From Escherichia phage vB_EcoM_50EP, in the sequence record OR472545.1: a stretch of DNA of 50,636 bases; one strand, written 5' to 3'. The notes beneath the pieces were generated by a model. That model ran no database searches. It worked only from the letters and a program-made list of their open reading frames with translations, and was not told where the DNA came from. The first letter of the stretch is position 1. The number at the start of each line of letters is the position of its first letter. The translations under genes and the position numbers were made by a program. This document shows positions 36,697 through 44,332 of this stretch, piece by piece.

Positions 36697-37262
36697 TGAG
36701 CATGTTTGATTTCAGTGAAGATAAACTAACAGATGAGCAGGTGATTGAAGTTGCCATGATTGATGGTCTACTTCCGCTGCGAGTTGCGATCAGTCATAAC
36801 GGATACCGACAGTCGTTCAAATACTGGTGCAGCGCGGAAGAGATGCTTCGTGTCAAGCTCGACAGAAAGCTCGCCGTCGTCACCCATAAGATACACGACC
36901 AGGCGAAAAGAGGTAAGGGAGTTGTAGGCATTCGATCAACATACGAGGCGATCAGGAAGTTGCATCCTTTCGTCGGGCGCAATGGTGTCATGAATGACCT
37001 GAATGATAACATTCTGCCAGCGCTCCAGGGCGCCGGAATAATTTGCGTTATTGGTGACAAGATATATGCTCACCCTGCATTGGTTGGTATGGATGGTCGC
37101 GACGTCTATAAGTGGTGCAACGCCTGGCGCGCTGTGGAGCGCCGCAAATCTCAGAGCAAATTGCAGTCCAGCTCAGATCTGATTCATGGCTATGATGCAG
37201 ATGAGGTCAGAAAGGCCATCCAGTTCTACCGGAAAGCGAAATCTCTCCTGAACGGTGAATAG
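36693..37262 (+). CDS. mini-paralog of the P-loop ATPase (N- and C-terminal segments only, ATPase core absent)
   Basis: MFDFSEDKLTDEQV...LPLRVAI..NGYRQS and KRGKGVVGIRSTYEA...GDKIYAHPALVG align to the ends of the 30682..32265 product. Confidence 0.45.
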   Translation: MMSMFDFSEDKLTDEQVIEVAMIDGLLPLRVAISHNGYRQSFKYWCSAEEMLRVKLDRKLAVVTHKIHDQAKRGKGVVGIRSTYEAIRKLHPFVGRNGVMNDLNDNILPALQGAGIICVIGDKIYAHPALVGMDGRDVYKWCNAWRAVERRKSQSKLQSSSDLIHGYDADEVRKAIQFYRKAKSLLNGE

Positions 37263-37302
37263 CACGAATTGCTAAACCAGTTCCGCAAGGACGCGGTATA
37301 TT
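37260..37302 (+). promoter_or_regulatory. TAGCAC-box promoter cassette
   Basis: TAGCACGAATTGCTAAAC ... CCGCAAGGACGCGG ... TATATT ... CATTGAAACGAAAT. Confidence 0.45.
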
Positions 37303-37333
37303 GAACTCATTGAAACGAAATAGGAACATCACC

Positions 37334-37564
37334 ATGAGCTACACGATCGCCACAATGCGCACATCCACCAGGGAGCAGCGAAAGAGCCGTAAGCAGGTTA
37401 TCACCAAGCGAATCGAACGTAATGCCATGAGATACATGACGGCTGAGCAGGCCGAGAGATTCATGCGCGCCATCAAGTCCGACCTTGTGGAATTGATGGA
37501 TATTGGAAGCGCCGCCGGATACCAGTCAGGCCGTAACGATGAGCGCAATAGCACGAATTGCTAA
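37334..37564 (+). CDS. hypothetical basic protein
   Basis: ATG 37334 with RBS AGGAAC; track N-terminal extension rejected. Confidence 0.35.
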   Translation: MSYTIATMRTSTREQRKSRKQVITKRIERNAMRYMTAEQAERFMRAIKSDLVELMDIGSAAGYQSGRNDERNSTNC

Positions 37565-37591
37565 ACAATAAATCGGGTAGTCAGCTATGAT
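37549..37591 (+). promoter_or_regulatory. TAGCAC-box promoter cassette
   Basis: TAGCACGAATTGCTAAAC ... TATGAT; box overlaps upstream stop. Confidence 0.4.
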
Positions 37592-37621
37592 TGCCCTATC
37601 AACAACGAAGAGGAAATGATT

Positions 37622-37828
37622 ATGGAAACTGTACGTATTGACGACGTTCACTTTGACCAAGCAGAGGTCAGCGTCACGATGGGAACCGCTCGTGGGCATG
37701 TTGTTAGCCTAGACTTTAATCCTGACGGCTACGCAGACTGTCAAACACTGATGCAATACTCACCTGATGCGGCCCGCAAATTAGCGGCGGCACTAATCCT
37801 GGCAGCAGAAGAGGCAGAAAATCAATGA
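37622..37828 (+). CDS. small protein, paralog family member A
   Basis: shares DFNPD...Y.P..AR.LAAAL..AAEE pattern with 37825 and 38603 ORFs. Confidence 0.4.
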   Translation: METVRIDDVHFDQAEVSVTMGTARGHVVSLDFNPDGYADCQTLMQYSPDAARKLAAALILAAEEAENQ

Positions 37829-38043
37829 GAGACATTCGAGTTAACTCATCATGGAATCAGGAAACGGAAATCTCAGTAATCAAGGTTCCGTTCGGAAAGA
37901 TGCGTAAGCGCGTGCACCTGGACCTTTCGCCGGATTCGCAAGTGGATGGCGCTGGCATGACATACACCGCAGAGCAGGCGCGCGAACTTGCTGCGGCACT
38001 CATCAAAGCGGCTGAGGAAGTGGAGGCGGAAGTCGATGAGTAA
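37825..38043 (+). CDS. small protein, paralog family member B
   Basis: LDLSPD...YTAEQARELAAALIKAAEE; ATGA-coupled to A. Confidence 0.4.
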   Translation: MRDIRVNSSWNQETEISVIKVPFGKMRKRVHLDLSPDSQVDGAGMTYTAEQARELAAALIKAAEEVEAEVDE

Positions 38044-38236
38044 ATTCAGGATCGCATTGATTGACACAACAACCGCCTTCGGTCATCCGGTCAAGTGGTA
38101 TGCCGTCCAAAAACGGGTGGCTTTGTTCTGGTGGGTTACGGTTGGGCACACCAGCCAGTTATCCCAGGCTCGCTACTGGCTGCATAAGTCCGGCGCACCG
38201 CATCGCAAAGAGAAAGTAGTGAGGATTATCGAATGA
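38036..38236 (+). CDS. hypothetical protein
   Basis: ATG 38036 overlapping upstream stop. Confidence 0.3.
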   Translation: MSKFRIALIDTTTAFGHPVKWYAVQKRVALFWWVTVGHTSQLSQARYWLHKSGAPHRKEKVVRIIE

Positions 38237-38523
38237 AGAAACTAATTTTATTAGCAGCACTGGCTCTGGCTGGATGTGATTTCGGAAGCACCCGCGTAGA
38301 TTCAGAGGCTCGGCAGAAGATGCCAGTGAATGTCAACGATCGCGTCCAGGTTGTGAAGATTCAGGAGTTCAGGGATGAACTGGCATATGAGAACGTCAGA
38401 GCGATATACGTCATCACCGATAAGGACACTGGTCAGGAATACATCGGCTTAAGCGGTGTCGGGATCGTGGAAGTTGGTCGCCATGGTTGCGGCAAGGGAT
38501 GCTCCAGAGAAGATGAGCGATAG
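38233..38523 (+). CDS. lipoprotein
   Basis: signal peptide with lipobox LAGC. Confidence 0.5.
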   Translation: MKKLILLAALALAGCDFGSTRVDSEARQKMPVNVNDRVQVVKIQEFRDELAYENVRAIYVITDKDTGQEYIGLSGVGIVEVGRHGCGKGCSREDER

Positions 38524-38563
38524 CACTTTTTGTTAAAAATGCCGTGAGTGCATTTGCTATAGT
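38521..38563 (+). promoter_or_regulatory. TAGCAC-box promoter cassette
   Basis: TAGCACTTTTTGTTAAAA, 8-bp stem TGAGTGCA/TGCACTCA with TTTGCTATAG loop, CATTGAAGTGAAAC. Confidence 0.5.
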
Positions 38564-38602
38564 GCACTCATTGAAGTGAAACAATCAACTAAGGGGTAAT
38601 TT

Positions 38603-38833
38603 ATGAGCACGACCGCCGTACGCATCGCTGACGACTCAGGCGAACAGGCCGAGGTAATGGTAAAGAAACTGCATAGCAGCGCCCATGGCTTCGCATTCAA
38701 GGTGTGCGTTGACTTCAATCCTGAAGAGTATGTTGACGCATCAAGTTACATGGCGTACACGCCAGACCAGGCGCGCCAGTTAGCGGCGTATCTGATGGAA
38801 GCTGCCAACCGCGCTGATAAGGGGGTTTTATGA
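38603..38833 (+). CDS. small protein, paralog family member C
   Basis: VDFNPEEY...YTPDQARQLAAYLMEAA. Confidence 0.4.
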   Translation: MSTTAVRIADDSGEQAEVMVKKLHSSAHGFAFKVCVDFNPEEYVDASSYMAYTPDQARQLAAYLMEAANRADKGVL

Positions 38834-39054
38834 TTAACGATTATGAAATTAAGAAAGAAAGCAAGATATTTAACGATTCAGATGGTGATTCTTGCTGCAT
38901 TTACACGAGAACTACGCTGGGAGTTGTAACCGTCGAGATGGTGATTGAACACGAATCAGGAGCGTTCCCCATGAGGGAGTCGACAACAGTCCGAGCAATG
39001 GGCGAGCACCTTATCAAAATGGCTGACTACATGGAGCGCCACAATGAACAATGA
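38830..39054 (+). CDS. hypothetical acidic protein
   Basis: 74-aa ORF, ATGA-coupled. Confidence 0.35.
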   Translation: MINDYEIKKESKIFNDSDGDSCCIYTRTTLGVVTVEMVIEHESGAFPMRESTTVRAMGEHLIKMADYMERHNEQ

Positions 39055-39259
39055 AGAAATGATTAAGATCCGCATTATCAAGTCACCTTACCACTGCGTT
39101 GACAAAAGCAAACTGCCAGTTGTGGCTATGGCCTTGCGATACGATGAGGGTGGAGAGGTTTTTTATAATGTTGACGCCGACTTCCTTCCTGCTATTGACA
39201 AGAAAGGAATTTCCCCTGGGTGCTGGCCTTTCAGAGAGGAAGAGGTTGAAGTGCTATGA
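39044..39259 (+). CDS. hypothetical protein
   Basis: 71-aa ORF overlapping neighbour. Confidence 0.35.
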   Translation: MNNEEMIKIRIIKSPYHCVDKSKLPVVAMALRYDEGGEVFYNVDADFLPAIDKKGISPGCWPFREEEVEVL

Positions 39260-39354
39260 AGTTCAAATTAGTTGACGTGCTGCAATTGCTGTGTGTTGGG
39301 TTATCCTGGGTGCTGTTGTTCCTGGTGATAATCCTCCTGGTTACTATCAAATAA
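39256..39354 (+). CDS. possible 32-aa hydrophobic membrane peptide (below track threshold)
   Basis: manually read ORF MKFKLVDVLQLLCVGLSWVLLFLVIILLVTIK; ATGA-coupled. Confidence 0.2.
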   Translation: MKFKLVDVLQLLCVGLSWVLLFLVIILLVTIK

Positions 39355-39360
39355 AGGTGA

Positions 39361-39609
39361 ATGAAAATGGTTTTCAATAAACAGACAATCTTTGATTTTA
39401 TGGACGACGTGAACAAGGCTATTCAGGAGTTTGCTGTTGCAATGGAAGCGGTAATCATTAGCTACTCAGTCGAATACGGAAGGATTGAGGTCCGGTACTA
39501 CCCTGCTAACGCCATAGCAGATGTGCATCCAGTGATGAGCATCTTGGTCGGTGATGCAAGTGAGCTTCGACGGATTACGTCTGGTGTGAGAAAGAGCACG
39601 AATTGCTAA
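39361..39609 (+). CDS. hypothetical protein
   Basis: 82-aa ORF. Confidence 0.35.
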   Translation: MKMVFNKQTIFDFMDDVNKAIQEFAVAMEAVIISYSVEYGRIEVRYYPANAIADVHPVMSILVGDASELRRITSGVRKSTNC

Positions 39610-39636
39610 AACGATATTCTCCCTGACTGGTATACT
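39594..39636 (+). promoter_or_regulatory. TAGCAC-box promoter cassette (GAGCAC variant)
   Basis: GAGCACGAATTGCTAAAA ... CTGACTGGTATACTTCTTTCATACC. Confidence 0.4.
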
Positions 39637-39664
39637 TCTTTCATACCAACAAGGGAGATACGAA

Positions 39665-39853
39665 ATGACTAACTACACCACGATTTACACTCACTGCGGC
39701 AAAGCGTTCACGGCACTGGCTGAGGATATTGAGTATCTGCCCTGGCACCAGGTATGGAAGATGCACAAGATTACTTCCACTGGAACGCAGGAGTGGTTCT
39801 TGAGAAAGATTTACGTGGCTGAGGTCATTCACCACAACGAAAAATTCGAATAG
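39665..39853 (+). CDS. hypothetical protein
   Basis: 62-aa ORF after cassette. Confidence 0.35.
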   Translation: MTNYTTIYTHCGKAFTALAEDIEYLPWHQVWKMHKITSTGTQEWFLRKIYVAEVIHHNEKFE

Positions 39854-39893
39854 CACTTTTTGTTAAACCTTCCGCAAGGCCATTTGATATAGT
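39851..39893 (+). promoter_or_regulatory. TAGCAC-box promoter cassette
   Basis: TAGCACTTTTTGTTAAAC, stem AAGGCCA/TGGCCTT with TTTGATATAG loop. Confidence 0.5.
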
Positions 39894-39933
39894 GGCCTTA
39901 TTGAAGCAAAGCAACCAATCAGAGGATTTGCAG

Positions 39934-40137
39934 ATGTTTACTGAAAAAGAGTTTGAGCAGTTTTTCCGCCTGGTCAATATGTCAGGCAGCGCGGACCAGA
40001 TGGATCGCATAAACAGCCGTCTTGAGATGCCAAAGTTCATCGAAGCGGTAGGCCGCAAGACGTGCGATAAGATGTGGCACTTAATTGAGCATTGCGGCGT
40101 AACACCAGCAACACTTAAATCGGAGCATATGAAATGA
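39934..40137 (+). CDS. hypothetical protein
   Basis: ATG 39934 with RBS AGAGGA. Confidence 0.35.
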   Translation: MFTEKEFEQFFRLVNMSGSADQMDRINSRLEMPKFIEAVGRKTCDKMWHLIEHCGVTPATLKSEHMK

Positions 40138-40523
40138 AAGTACGTTTACTTAACCCTAGCATCTATGCAGATCCTGAATACTTCAAGCTGCATCCGAAAG
40201 AGACTAGCCCTCGCGATCCTGGCTCTTACCCGATCGTTGTGGAAGGGTTTATTGTTGAGCCGATGGAGTTCGAGAAGAAATATGGAATTGAGTCTCCAAA
40301 TAACTCAATCAAGGTTGGCGGCGATGAACTGGATCGCGTATTCAAAAGCTATTTCAGTGACGGACGCCCGATGAACTCAATCTACGGTAGTGCTGCGGTT
40401 CTCGGTTGGTGGAATCATGAAGGCGAGCCGAAATCATGGGAGCCAGTAGGGCCGTTCGACTTCTGGAACAAATTAAAGGCATCACGCGAAATTGGTGAAA
40501 CAGTAGGGAAGGGTTACTTATGA
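40134..40523 (+). CDS. hypothetical protein
   Basis: 129-aa ORF. Confidence 0.4.
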   Translation: MKVRLLNPSIYADPEYFKLHPKETSPRDPGSYPIVVEGFIVEPMEFEKKYGIESPNNSIKVGGDELDRVFKSYFSDGRPMNSIYGSAAVLGWWNHEGEPKSWEPVGPFDFWNKLKASREIGETVGKGYL

Positions 40524-40708
40524 TTATTTATGATTATTTATGCATCGTGCTTTACATCCTTGGCGCACTTCCGGTTTACGCAATTGCAAAAGACGTTAGC
40601 AATAGTGATAACAAGTGGTACGACATGGTGATCGTTGCTGCTATCTGGCCCATTGCCATTGCGTTCGGAGCAATCAAAGGCATCTACCAAAAGTTGAAGG
40701 AGCAATAA
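40520..40708 (+). CDS. small membrane protein (2 predicted TMDs)
   Basis: two hydrophobic stretches; 5' end contains a 10-bp tandem duplication. Confidence 0.4.
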   Translation: MIIYDYLCIVLYILGALPVYAIAKDVSNSDNKWYDMVIVAAIWPIAIAFGAIKGIYQKLKEQ

Positions 40709-40710
40709 TC

Positions 40711-40929
40711 ATGCAAGTCTACACTAACAGTAAAGGCGTCGAATTTTGTGCAATCGGTGATGTGGTTCTGCGTACTGGCGGCGGATACGGGGTTATTAAC
40801 ATCTCAGGCATCACGCAGGATCAGTTGGTAAAGGGCATCCAGGCTGGCATCTTTACCTATCACTCATCACTGACGGCTAAGCAGTACGTCACACTTGAAA
40901 CTGCAATTCGCGCCGGATTCATCGAATAG
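40711..40929 (+). CDS. hypothetical protein
   Basis: ATG 40711 with RBS GAAGGAG. Confidence 0.35.
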   Translation: MQVYTNSKGVEFCAIGDVVLRTGGGYGVINISGITQDQLVKGIQAGIFTYHSSLTAKQYVTLETAIRAGFIE

Positions 40930-40969
40930 CACTTTTTGTTAAAACTTGCTCGGAGACATTAGCTATAGT
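40927..40969 (+). promoter_or_regulatory. TAGCAC-box promoter cassette
   Basis: TAGCACTTTTTGTTAAAA, stem GGAGACA/TGTCTCC with TTAGCTATAG loop. Confidence 0.5.
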
Positions 40970-41010
40970 GTCTCCTGTCAAGTGAACGCAAACCAACTGA
41001 GGAATCACAT

Positions 41011-41814
41011 ATGAACAGCATCAACCGTTATATCCCTGTGTCAGTGCCAACCAGCGTCAACATTCACGGCGTCGGAATGCAAGCCTGCGACGATGGAGCA
41101 TGGGTATCCTACGCAATGCATAAAAAAGAAATCGAGTCCTTACAGGCACGCTTAAAGGCCTTAGAATCGACTCAAAAACATCAAATTTCTGCACCGTCGA
41201 TTATCGCTGACCATGTTGAGCAGGCAATCAAAGAAGCTGTAGGTAAGCTGGTGCACGAAGCATGTGAGCAATTGCTCAAGGATTTGCCTAAGTACAATGG
41301 CGATCCGTGTCACAGCACTGTCGATGCATTCGTGAATGAGCTTGCGGCTGGCTCAGGGAAAACCGTCGTAGATGATGGCGTAAAGTTTGATTACCTGACG
41401 AAAGATGCCAAGTTCACTTTCGGTAGCAATTTCGGTGAAGGCAAGGCGCTTACCATGTCAACCGCGAAAATGGAGCCACGCAGCGGCGGTTACGATTATG
41501 GAAATCGTCACGTATGGGCGGTAGGTGAATGCGAATCTGCACGCGATCGCAAGGTGGCAGTTTGCTATTACGTTGGCGGGAATGGATTCGTAAATGGTGG
41601 AGAATATGAGTATGAAGAAGGAGAGTGCGAAACAGGTTCCAAACCGCGCGTTATTCACATCACGCAAGACGATTTCGTATCTGGATTAAAAGGTGACTAC
41701 CGCTGGAGAGCTATGAAGGTTGGTAATGTGATAAATGCTAATGGTGAGCTAGTTGACGCATACGCAACACTAAATATTAATGGCGGAGTAGTGGCTCAGT
41801 TCTATATCAAATAG
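41011..41814 (+). CDS. hypothetical protein with C-terminal Cys/Gly-rich region
   Basis: 267-aa ORF. Confidence 0.4.
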   Translation: MNSINRYIPVSVPTSVNIHGVGMQACDDGAWVSYAMHKKEIESLQARLKALESTQKHQISAPSIIADHVEQAIKEAVGKLVHEACEQLLKDLPKYNGDPCHSTVDAFVNELAAGSGKTVVDDGVKFDYLTKDAKFTFGSNFGEGKALTMSTAKMEPRSGGYDYGNRHVWAVGECESARDRKVAVCYYVGGNGFVNGGEYEYEEGECETGSKPRVIHITQDDFVSGLKGDYRWRAMKVGNVINANGELVDAYATLNINGGVVAQFYIK

Positions 41815-41854
41815 CACTTTTTGTTAAAAGGGGATTCATCCTGACTGGTATAAT
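41812..41854 (+). promoter_or_regulatory. TAGCAC-box promoter cassette
   Basis: TAGCACTTTTTGTTAAAA, stem GGGGATT/AATCCCC, CTGACTGGTATAAT. Confidence 0.5.
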
Positions 41855-41887
41855 CCCCACATCAACCACACGAAAGGAAGTTAACCA

Positions 41888-42340
41888 ATGAAAAGGATTG
41901 ATGAACTTGTAATTATTACATCATTAGAGACTGATGATTGCATAGATTGGACTTACGCAAAAACAAGAGATGGATACGGCCAGGTTAGATATCGTGGGGC
42001 AACCAGAAGGGCGCACAAGGTATCATACTGCATGTCAAATGGAATTGACTATGAGGATGTAAAAGGTGTTGTAATGCACTCATGCGATAATCCTTGTTGT
42101 GTAAACCCAAGACACCTAACAGTTGGCACTCAGCATGAAAATATTATTGATTGCGTCTCAAAGGGTAGATTTAGAAGTGTGGAGGGCATTAAGAATCCAA
42201 GGTCGATAGTGTCAAACTCTGACGCAGAGAAAATGCGCTCAATGAGGGAGATTGGAATGACTTATGGTGATATAGCGAAAAGCATGGGCGTTGGAAAATC
42301 AACGGCGTATAGAGTAATAACAACTGGATACTTATCATGA
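41888..42340 (+). mobile_element. HNH homing endonuclease with C-terminal HTH-like segment
   Basis: DGYGQV...HK..Y......V.HSCDNPCCVNPRHL..GT..EN pattern; markedly AT-rich relative to flanks. Confidence 0.55.
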
Positions 42341-42876
42341 ATCAGCTTTACACAATGATTAAACACCATATAGAAACATCATACAATAACAAGCCTGTTT
42401 ACTGTTTTGACTACGACGGCACGCTGTCGGACGGATCGCATCGCTTGCACAGGTTGCCGACAAAGGATTTGCACCTTACCGAGTCATGGTCTGAGTTCAA
42501 TAGATTGTCAATACATGATGAACCTATCGAATCAACCATTCAGGTGATGAATAGCCTGTTTGACTCAGGCGCGTTCATCATCATTCTAACAGGGCGTTCA
42601 GATGAGGTATGTGAGATTTCAACTCAATGGCTTCATGATGCTGGCGCAAAATATAACGTCATGGTAATGCGGCAGGCGAGAGACAATCGCAAAGACACTC
42701 TCATCAAAGAGGAGTTCTTGCGTTACATTGGCTTGCACCGCATCACCGCAGCGTGGGATGATAGCCCTAATGTTATCGCGCACTTCCGAAGCCTGCGAAT
42801 CACCACCTATCAAGTGTGTGACTATGGCGATAAGCTCCATGCCGGAGTAGGATCACACGGCGTGCATAATAAGTGA
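42337..42876 (+). CDS. HAD-superfamily phosphatase
   Basis: DxDGT motif (FDYDGTL) near N-terminus, ILTGRS motif II-like. Confidence 0.5.
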   Translation: MNQLYTMIKHHIETSYNNKPVYCFDYDGTLSDGSHRLHRLPTKDLHLTESWSEFNRLSIHDEPIESTIQVMNSLFDSGAFIIILTGRSDEVCEISTQWLHDAGAKYNVMVMRQARDNRKDTLIKEEFLRYIGLHRITAAWDDSPNVIAHFRSLRITTYQVCDYGDKLHAGVGSHGVHNK

Positions 42877-42996
42877 CGATATACGAACATATATTCAGCA
42901 GCAGGGGTATTGATATGCTCCTGCATTATGTAGACAAAAAATACGCAAACCTCATGCTTAAGACGCATGGTGGAAAAATAAAGAGGATTAAAGTAA

Positions 42997-43629
42997 ATGG
43001 CTAAAATTATCATTCTCAACGGTCCAGCTTCGGTTGGTAAAGACACGATCGGCAACGCGCTCGCAGCGGATTACAACTGCATCCCTACCAGCTTCAAGCG
43101 TCCGATGTTTGAGATTGCAGCATCAATCCTTGGTGCCAGGGCTTTCTCAAAGTTCATCACCGCATACGACGACCGCGATCAGAAAGAGCAGCCTCAGAGC
43201 TTTCTCGGTGGCAAGACCTGCCGTGAGTTCATGATCTGGATTAGCGAAACAGTGGTCAAGCCGCTTTTTGGCAATCAGCAGTTCGGCAAATTGATGAGCG
43301 AGCATATCCAACTGTGTGATCAAGGTTTCTGTTTTGTGTGTACTGATGGCGGCTTCCCTGATGAAGTGATCCAACTCCTTGAAGATGGTCACGATGTCAC
43401 CCTGGTTCGCCTGTTCATGGATGGCAAGACTTTCGATGGCGATAGCCGTGATTACATTCGTCTTAAGGAATTGTACTACCCTTATTACAAGAAATATAGC
43501 GAGCATGATGTGCATCTGGTGAATGGTGATATTTATGGCGGCGTCCTGGCGGTTGCTGAGGCTTGCGGTATTAGCTCACAAGTTCCAGAGGTTGATGTTT
43601 ACGAGTGGGAAGATGGATTACCATGGTAA
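42997..43629 (+). CDS. P-loop kinase (nucleotide or polynucleotide kinase-like)
   Basis: Walker A GPASVGKDT at residues 9-17; about 210 aa; adjacent to HAD phosphatase. Confidence 0.45.
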   Translation: MAKIIILNGPASVGKDTIGNALAADYNCIPTSFKRPMFEIAASILGARAFSKFITAYDDRDQKEQPQSFLGGKTCREFMIWISETVVKPLFGNQQFGKLMSEHIQLCDQGFCFVCTDGGFPDEVIQLLEDGHDVTLVRLFMDGKTFDGDSRDYIRLKELYYPYYKKYSEHDVHLVNGDIYGGVLAVAEACGISSQVPEVDVYEWEDGLPW

Positions 43630-43630
43630 A

Positions 43631-43673
43631 TAGCACGAATTGCTAAACCAGCTCCGGCGGGTTTTGTTATAGT
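43631..43673 (+). promoter_or_regulatory. TAGCAC-box promoter cassette
   Basis: TAGCACGAATTGCTAAAC ... TTGTTATAGT. Confidence 0.4.
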
Positions 43674-43702
43674 TAGCTCACACCAAACGAGAGGAAGGCA
43701 AG

Positions 43703-43861
43703 ATGATTACTATCAACCTGTCAGATAAGCAAGCCGCCACACTGAAACAGTTACTGGCCAGTCAGACTATGCAGTGCTCAGCCGATGAGTTCTCTGAGAT
43801 GGTCAAAGAGGTTCGCACTCAGATCAACAATCAGCAATTCGACGAAAACGAAGGGGAATAA
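43703..43861 (+). CDS. small hypothetical protein (52 aa, below track threshold)
   Basis: manually read ORF with RBS GAGGAAGG. Confidence 0.3.
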   Translation: MITINLSDKQAATLKQLLASQTMQCSADEFSEMVKEVRTQINNQQFDENEGE

Positions 43862-43863
43862 CC

Positions 43864-44262
43864 ATGAAATTACGTTGCGTTAAAATACATCCAGGGTTAG
43901 CGCCGCTGCTCGAAGATCACTTTCAGGTTGGTCATGTGTACGAAGCTAAACGCAGGCCAAACCGCCACCTCAACGTGGCTGATGTTATTGATGTGGATAA
44001 CGGCCTTACTTGGTACGCCATCCAGAAAGGCAGTAAGTTTAACCTGAATCTCGCAAGCGGCAAAGCAGTCACTTTCGCGGTAGTAAAAGGTCCGCGCCGC
44101 TTAGTAGTGACGGAAAAACGTGTAACTGGCGTCCTTAATGATAAGCGTAAGTTCCGCCGTATGTGTCGCCAGTATGGAAAGCTGCGATTCACCGAGCCTG
44201 GGATGTTCTGCTTCATCGCCTTTGCGGCAATGAAAAAGAATGCACGTAATCACCAGCGATAG
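43864..44262 (+). CDS. hypothetical basic protein
   Basis: 132-aa ORF. Confidence 0.4.
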   Translation: MKLRCVKIHPGLAPLLEDHFQVGHVYEAKRRPNRHLNVADVIDVDNGLTWYAIQKGSKFNLNLASGKAVTFAVVKGPRRLVVTEKRVTGVLNDKRKFRRMCRQYGKLRFTEPGMFCFIAFAAMKKNARNHQR

Positions 44263-44302
44263 CACTTTTTGTTAAAACTCAGAATCGGGGTGGCTGTATA
44301 GT
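44260..44302 (+). promoter_or_regulatory. TAGCAC-box promoter cassette
   Basis: TAGCACTTTTTGTTAAAA ... GGGGT...TGTATAGTTACCCC ... CATCGAAACGAACG. Confidence 0.5.
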
Positions 44303-44332
44303 TACCCCATCGAAACGAACGAGGAAGCAGAA

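Noticed and set aside
16100-44300. Whether the repeated 18-bp TAGCAC boxes form a CRISPR array
   Set aside because: Copies are separated by 0.2-10 kb of coding sequence, occur on both strands, and each precedes an ORF with RBS; no regularly spaced repeat-spacer structure.
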